Made by a program: the position numbers and the translations under genes. A stretch of DNA of 64,000 nucleotides from Podospora anserina. Lineage: Eukaryota. The notes under the pieces are model-generated. The model was not told where the DNA came from, made no database searches, and worked only from the letters and a program-made list of their open reading frames with translations. Below are positions 57,691-64,000 of the stretch, in pieces. The first letter of the stretch is position 1. Every line of letters starts with the position of its first letter. The stretch is from positions 186,001-250,000 of the forward strand of contig CM030335.1 of NCBI GenBank assembly GCA_017654855.1. Reading direction: 5' to 3'.

Positions 57691-60600
57691 CTACCTCAAC
57701 TCCTTCCCCCCAGCAACACCACCACCACCCTTCTCCCTCTCCCTCTCCCTCACCTCCCACGCCAGCCCAAAAATCCTCTGCCAAACCTCCAACCACCTCT
57801 CCTGCTGCGCCGTCACCAACCTCCCCGGACTCTTAAAACACCTCGCCAGCATCTCCCTGAGCCTCGCCCTCAGCACCTTCATAACCAACATGGTCTTCCA
57901 ATCCGGCACCGCAAACCTCGCCCGGTTCCCATCCAGTACCAAAACCCCCGAGTACAAATCCGCGCGGACATCCCCACAAAGCAGCGCAACAGCAAACGGG
58001 TCCACAGCCGTCGTCTCGTGAGCGTTCAAGAACCTAAAAACAACAAACAAACACAGTTAGCAAAAGAGGTCCCCAACCACCCCCCCAGAAAAGGAGAAGA
58101 AAGGAAAAGAAAGAAAAAACACATACTGCTTGTTCTGCATAATATGATAATAACTCATCCACTTCACCTCCCCATTCCCACCCCCTTTATTCACACTGCT
58201 AGGATGCAGCTGGATCGCCTGGTTGTTCCCCACGTTCCTCCACCCCTTCCCCTCCCTCACCAGCAGCTTGGGGTAAAAGCTCCACGCGATCACGCTCTGC
58301 GCCACAACCTCATTGTCGCTGTTGCCGTCCACCCTCTTCGGTATCTCAAAAAACACCTGCCCGCTCCTCCTCCTCCGCCCGCCAAACCGCAGCCGGTTGT
58401 GCGCCTGCCTCTCCTCGGCCGTCAGCTGCAAGAAGCCAGAGTCCACCACCGAAGTGATGAGCTGGCCCTTGAGGTCCTCAATGTTGGCCAGCGTCTGCGG
58501 CGACAAAAAGTTCTTGCGGCAGAACTGGTACTCTGCCCCGCTGCTCGCCGAAGACTGGCAGACACGCTTCCAGGCCGAGTAGGCGTTGTAGACGGTCAAC
58601 AGGTCCGAGTCGCCCTTGCGGAAGCCGCGGCGGACAGTGTCGGCTTGGCTGCGCTGGCCAAATGGGGCGATAAAGGGGGATTTGGACGACAGGATCGCCG
58701 CCACCGTGACGGCCATGTCTAGGCACTTGAAGATGGAGCCCAGGAGGATCAGTTTCCCGAGGAAGACATCAAGAGGTAGACGGGCAAGCTGCAGACCGAG
58801 CGGTGTCAGCTCCTCAGACGAAGCCGTCAAGGCACGAACATCCACCAAGGCATCGATAGCCCTCCGAATGTTTTTTGCTGAAGGGGGATCCAACGCCTCG
58901 CCCAACGTCTCCTCGATCCCACCGATCTTGCACGTCTTGACCCGAATCGCAAGCTCCTGCAGCGACAGCCGCAGCATCTCGGGGGTCTGCTGATCACTCA
59001 TGATATTGTCGTGGCGGTACTTGGTAAACATGTGGAAACACAGACCCTCCTGCACACGACCAGCACGACCGCGACGCTGCTTCGCGTTGGCGCGGGAGAT
59101 GAACGTGTCAATCAGACGGGAAAGCTGCCGTCTCTCGTCGAAGCGCATCTCGCGATGCTTGCCCGTGTCAATGACACACGTCACATCAGGGATCGTGATA
59201 CCCGTCTCGGCAATATTGGTCGCCAGGACAATCTTGCGAACACCCGGCGGCGGCACCAAAAACGCCGCCTCCTGCTCCTCCGTGGCAATAGACGAGTGCA
59301 AGGGGTAAACCAGCCAATTCTCCGCAAAGAACTTATCACCCAGCAGCATGTCGTTGAGGGTGCGAATCTCGGCAATACCCGGCAAGAAGACCAAGATGGC
59401 CTTGCTGAAATCTGTGTAATTCGGATCCACCGCAATCCTCGAGATCAGCTGAAGCACCAGGTCAAAGTCGATCTGATACTCGTCCATCGCCGCCAGGGTA
59501 TTGCGGGTACGGGGCGAGTACTGCCGGAGCGCTTTGATGAGTTCAGGTTTGGACGAGTTGTCAATCTCAGCCTCGACATCATCATCCAAATCGGTGAACT
59601 TCTCCTTTGACGGTCTCGTGTCAAGCGAATACCCAGTCAACTCGACGGCATCTTCCAGATACGCAACACTAACCGGGAACGTCCGGCCAGGAACGGTAAG
59701 AACCGGCGCGCCGCTCAGGTACTTGGAGAACCGCTCAGCATCCACCGTGGCCGACATGAGCACCACCTTGAGATCCTTTCTTCGAATCAGCAGCTTCTTC
59801 AACACAATCAAGAGGAAATCGCTGTCGATGGAACGCTCGTGGACCTCATCAAGGACCAGATGCGTGATCTCTTGAAGGTCGTTGGAGCTCTCGAGCATGC
59901 GCATGACTATACCAGTCGTGGCATACACAAGCCGCGTCTCCCGGCAAGTGTTGGACTCGAGACGGATCGAGTAACCGACCAAGGACCGAGATGTTCCCAA
60001 ATCGCCCTTGTTCTCTCCCAGCTCCTCACTGACGCGCTTGGCCAGCGAGAGGGCCGAGATACGACGAGGTTCTGTGCAGTAAATCTTGCACGGCCTGCCC
60101 TTCATGAGCTGGTCTTCGAGTAGAAACGAGGGGACCTGCGTGCTTTTGCCGCAACCAGTCTCACCGCACACAATCACCACCTGATTCTGCTCGACGGCGT
60201 TGACCACTTGCTCTCGGAACTGCCACATGGGCAGCTGTACTCTTGACTGCAGCATAACTTGAAACCGAGGGGTTTGTGCTTTTTGCAACCAGATATTTTG
60301 ATAATACTCGGGATCAAATGATTGTCGCTTGACCCGTTCATTGTCGGACTGATCCGAGTCCGTCAGGTTCTTGTTCTGGCCACGCCCCTTGAAGCCCTGA
60401 ATCAAGACACCATCCTCCAGTTCCTGCTCCATTCTAGTGCGAACCATATCCCGGAGATGTCTGAGGGCGTCGCGGTCCAGCCCGTCCGCCTTGTTCTTCT
60501 TGGCCTCGGCCATTTCTGACCAGAGATCCTTCCAAGTGGCAGGCAGCCGGAGGGCCACCTTTTCCTCCTTGCCCGAGGATCCAAAGATGCAAAACAGGGC

Positions 60601-62325
60601 GGTTGTGGCAATGTAGGCTTCAGACTGTTTCAAGTCGGAAGTAGAGATGGAGATCATCTTGTAGACAAACTGCGTTGGCGACATGAAGACCTCAATCTCG
60701 GTGCTTTCAGGCGGAGGAGGGATATCTTGAGGTTTGGACCAGACAATCTCGACGGCATGTCGGTTCGCAAAGGCAATATCGGAGAGAACATGGTATGATA
60801 TCCGAACAGATGAGTCCCTCGAGCGGCACGCCTCCTCCAGAACCCGTATTGGGCTCACGCCAGTCCACTTCCCAAAGTCCCTGATGGTTACTTTCGAGCC
60901 ATCTGCGCCGTTCATGACAGTGTTGGACTTTCCAGTCAGTGGGTCAACCTCATTCACTGGTAAGCTAGCAAAGAGATCGGCCAGAGCACCGTCCTCGTCA
61001 TCATCCTGTTCGGCCAGAATCTCAGCGGCAATACGTTCCGCTTCTTCGTTGATATCGTCTGACTCGGCTGTTGGCGCAGGAGCGGGTTCCTCCTCGGCCT
61101 GTTTCTTCTTTGCCTCCGCCTTGGCTGTCGCGTAGTCCTTTTCGAGAGCAATTTTCTTGTCTCTCCATTGCTGCTCGGCCACATACTTGTCAAAGAGCAC
61201 ATCCTTTTCGATCCTGTCGAGCTTGGCCAAGCAAAGAGCCTCTTCTGGGTCCGCCACAGTGTTTCCCTTGGCACCACCCTTGCCTTTGGCCACATCTTGC
61301 CGCGGGCGCCGAATCTCGAACAGTTTCTCCTGTGTCTCGAGGTACAAGGGCAGCAGTTGGTCAGGCTCGATATCCTCATCGTATGTTACGTTCGATTTCT
61401 TGGGCGACGGTTGACGAGATCGATCAGGTGCACCATTCTTGCCCTTTTGTGCGCGGCGGGGTTCGAGGTCAAAGGGCGTGGTCGCGCCAGAAGGCAGGGG
61501 AGAATCAGCGCTGATGTCTGTGAGAGAAGTAGTGTGAACAATATGGTAACCTAAAGATAACGGTACATGGGCAGGGAACCTACCTCCTTGCGCCTTGCCC
61601 GAGCCTGGTTTCCGTCCACTGTAGTCTGGCAGCTCGGCCTTGGAGCATTCCCTGGCCAGCCAGTCTAAAATCTCCTCCAGACCCCAGATAGAATCACTCT
61701 TGACATTGGGCGAGATGTTTGGCGCAATGTCGAGAGCGAATTGGAGCGCGGGCTGTACTCTATCCTTGGGAAAGTCGGTGTTCTCCAATGTTTGCTGGAG
61801 GGTCCATAGCTTGATGATGAGGTCTTCCTCAGGAGGTAGTCTACTAGTTGCGCCCTCTGATGTGACGCTCGACGCAGCGAATCGGGCCTCTGCTTGAATC
61901 AAATCCAGAACATGGTCCATCAGCTCTTGGGGAAGCCATTTCTTGGTATTGATGGTCTCGGCCTGTCCGCGCAGGATCCGTCTGTCTGTCTCGAGGCGGG
62001 TCTTGATTCTCTGGGCATCTCTTCTGACTTTGGCCGCGTATTTGTCCACCAATATTTGCAAAGCCGACTCCTCCAACTGGCGCTCGAATTCTTCGGGACT
62101 GAGTTCCTTCGCTTTGGGTGCGTTGGTCGTGTTGGTGGTGCCGGCGGCTTGCGGGGCATCTTTCGCGTCAGCGGCTGGCGGGGCGACGGCATCGTCACCT
62201 TTGCCGGCCGGGGTGTCGGCGGCAGCTTCGGCGGGGTCTGCTCTGGGCTTGGATGCGATGGAAGTGGTCGCAAAGCCGCGAGCCGGGTTCGCGGCCGGCT
62301 TCTTTGTCTTTTTCTTGCCGGCCAT
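57691..62325 (-). CDS. DEAH-box RNA helicase of the DHX29/DHX57 type
   Basis: GETGCGKSTQ, DEVHER, MSAT, LATNIAETGITI, QRRGRAGRV, HA2 and OB-fold regions; N-terminus MAGKKKTKKPAANPARGFATTS; introns near 61525-61583 and 58035-58125. Confidence 0.92.
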
Positions 62326-63192
62326 GCTGTAAGTATGGGGTGCTGTGTGAAAGAAGTTGCGAGGAAAACACAGCAAAGCGAGAGGACGGCCGGCGATATT
62401 ATGGGATGTTGGCGCTGACTGACACTGAGGACGGCCCTGAAATTTCTCGACTCAGCCTGCTTGATTAACGGGCAAAACACGACCGCCTGCCAGATTCAGG
62501 TGGAGCACCCCACCGCTGCGATGGGGTCGCTATTCCAGCTGGGCATTCCGGCCAGCGCGACGGAGGGACAAGAGTCGTGGTTTGCCCTGAGCTGTGGTAG
62601 TCGCTGTCGCAAATTGACCGGGCTTCAAGGGTTTCAGGTAGCAAAGGCAAAGTAAGTAGGCGGTGATTCGGGAGAGACGTTTGAAGCTTGGAAACAGCGG
62701 GTTTGAAGTTCGAGAATGGGTCAATCGTTGTTCTGATTGCGCCAAAGGAGTGCTATTGAATCGCAAAGGGTACCTACCTACATAGCTGTAGGTTCGAAGT
62801 GGGCAAAAAAGATGAAGCTCCCAAGCAAATGTGAGACAGCTCTGCCGCCGTTGGATCGTTGGATAGGGGCGGGGTGCGGGGCAGTTTGAAGAATTCCGGG
62901 CACTCACGCACTGTGTTTAGCGTAATAATACTGATGGAAAGCACAGTGCCAATAATTACCAGCCAGCTTGGGTGTGGCAGCTGCAGAGCAGCCCACTTTG
63001 GGCGAAATGTGAGTCGTCGCCGAAAAACAGTCCGTGAGGTGGACAGTGACATTTCAGGAACAGCCTTCTAGAAGCAACATATCACGGCCAGCGTCTTCAT
63101 TTTTCCCTCTCCAATCTCTCCAAAATCGACTGCGGGACTGGGCCGCCCGACCATGTCATTATACGACCCATTACTTGAACACCACATCCAAC

Positions 63193-64000
63193 ATGTCTGA
63201 AGCTGCCACTGCCTCTGCCAACGCCTCGTCGAGCGACTTTGACCTCAAGCACGCAAAGACGGCCCTGACCCTCTCGTCCACAACCGCCAGAATCGCCCAA
63301 TTGCGCGCCATTGACGAGAAGATTGCCCATAAATGTGAGCACCGGTTCCCGTCTGTCCCTAGCAGCAAGTGGTCAAGTGGTGTGGTCAGCTAATCTAACC
63401 CTGTCTGTCTCTTCGGCTGTGGACAGCTCTCGACAAGCCCTCTACTCTAGGCCTCCTCAAGGTCATATTCTGGACCCATGCGTTTTACACCGATAAGCAC
63501 TCTCGACACGCCGTACAGCGATGTCTTGTCTCGATCTGCAAAACAGGGGAAGCCGATGTCCTCGCCCCACTAGTGGCCGCCGTGAAGCAGGAGATCCAGA
63601 AACCCGGAATTGCGCCAGGAAATGCGTTTGTGCTGCTGGAATGGTGCAACCTATTGATTGATAACCTCGCCGGGACAACGCTCTGGGAGAAGTTTGGGAA
63701 CGACATTATTCAAGCAACAGCCGATGGCCTCGACAAATGTCTTCAGGCCACCGCGAGGGACAGCGTGGGGAGGTCGGCGCTGGTCATCACTCGGAGGGGG
63801 TTCAGGAAAATTGTTTCAGCCGATATCAAGGCCGTCGAGGCTGCCATCAAGCTTCTCACAACCAAAGGAACACAATCAACCGCCAAAAATGCTGCCTTGC
63901 TGGGCGTGATTGCCGGTGTGTGCTCACGAAAACCCGAGGCTAAACCCATTGTCGAAAGCGCAAAGAGCCTATACATTACCTTTTACACACGCGAGATTGT
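63193..64000 (+). CDS. gcn1: Translational activator Gcn1 (5' part, runs off the window)
   Basis: MSEAAT...LSSTTARIAQL; intron 63335-63426; then LLKVIFWTHAFY.D..SR.AVQRCL, NAFVLLEWC, AALLGVIAGVCSR, FYTREI, which I recognise as the fungal Gcn1 HEAT-repeat N-terminus. Confidence 0.82.

Overview
Filamentous ascomycete genomic DNA with short GT-AG introns carrying CTAAC/CTGAC branch points and RIP-mutated repeats. It is most likely from the Podospora anserina species complex; this is an inference from gene style and transposon structure, not a database result. The left part (~1-34.5 kb) is an accessory-type region. It holds an X325/Bim1-like GPI copper protein, a MARVEL-like membrane protein, a FAD monooxygenase, a coiled-coil protein, a frameshifted P450, a GH6 cellulase with C-terminal CBM1, a DUF3328/UstYa oxidase, a GPI wall protein, a large non-canonical PLP decarboxylase, an alpha/beta hydrolase and a single-pass Cys-rich protein. 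It also holds at least five decayed pseudogenes and a complete RIP-mutated Fot1/pogo transposon. The centre (34.85-43.5 kb) is a nested TE island: a Fot1-like transposon interrupted by a solo LTR (TSD TCTAA), itself interrupted by a full-length inverted Ty3/chromovirus retrotransposon (TSD CTATG). The most notable observation lies between pol and the 3' LTR of this retrotransposon, on its antisense strand. There it carries a RIP-scrambled, intron-containing ORF with exact Zn(II)2Cys6 spacing, followed by two tandem 70-nt tRNA-like cloverleaves, although the element appears to self-prime. The right part (45-64 kb) is mostly conserved genes: subtilisin, Prp24/SART3, a 77-aa LRGG/Cys-tail microprotein missed by the ORF track, a DUF4360 secreted protein, a DHX29/57-like helicase and the 5' end of GCN1.
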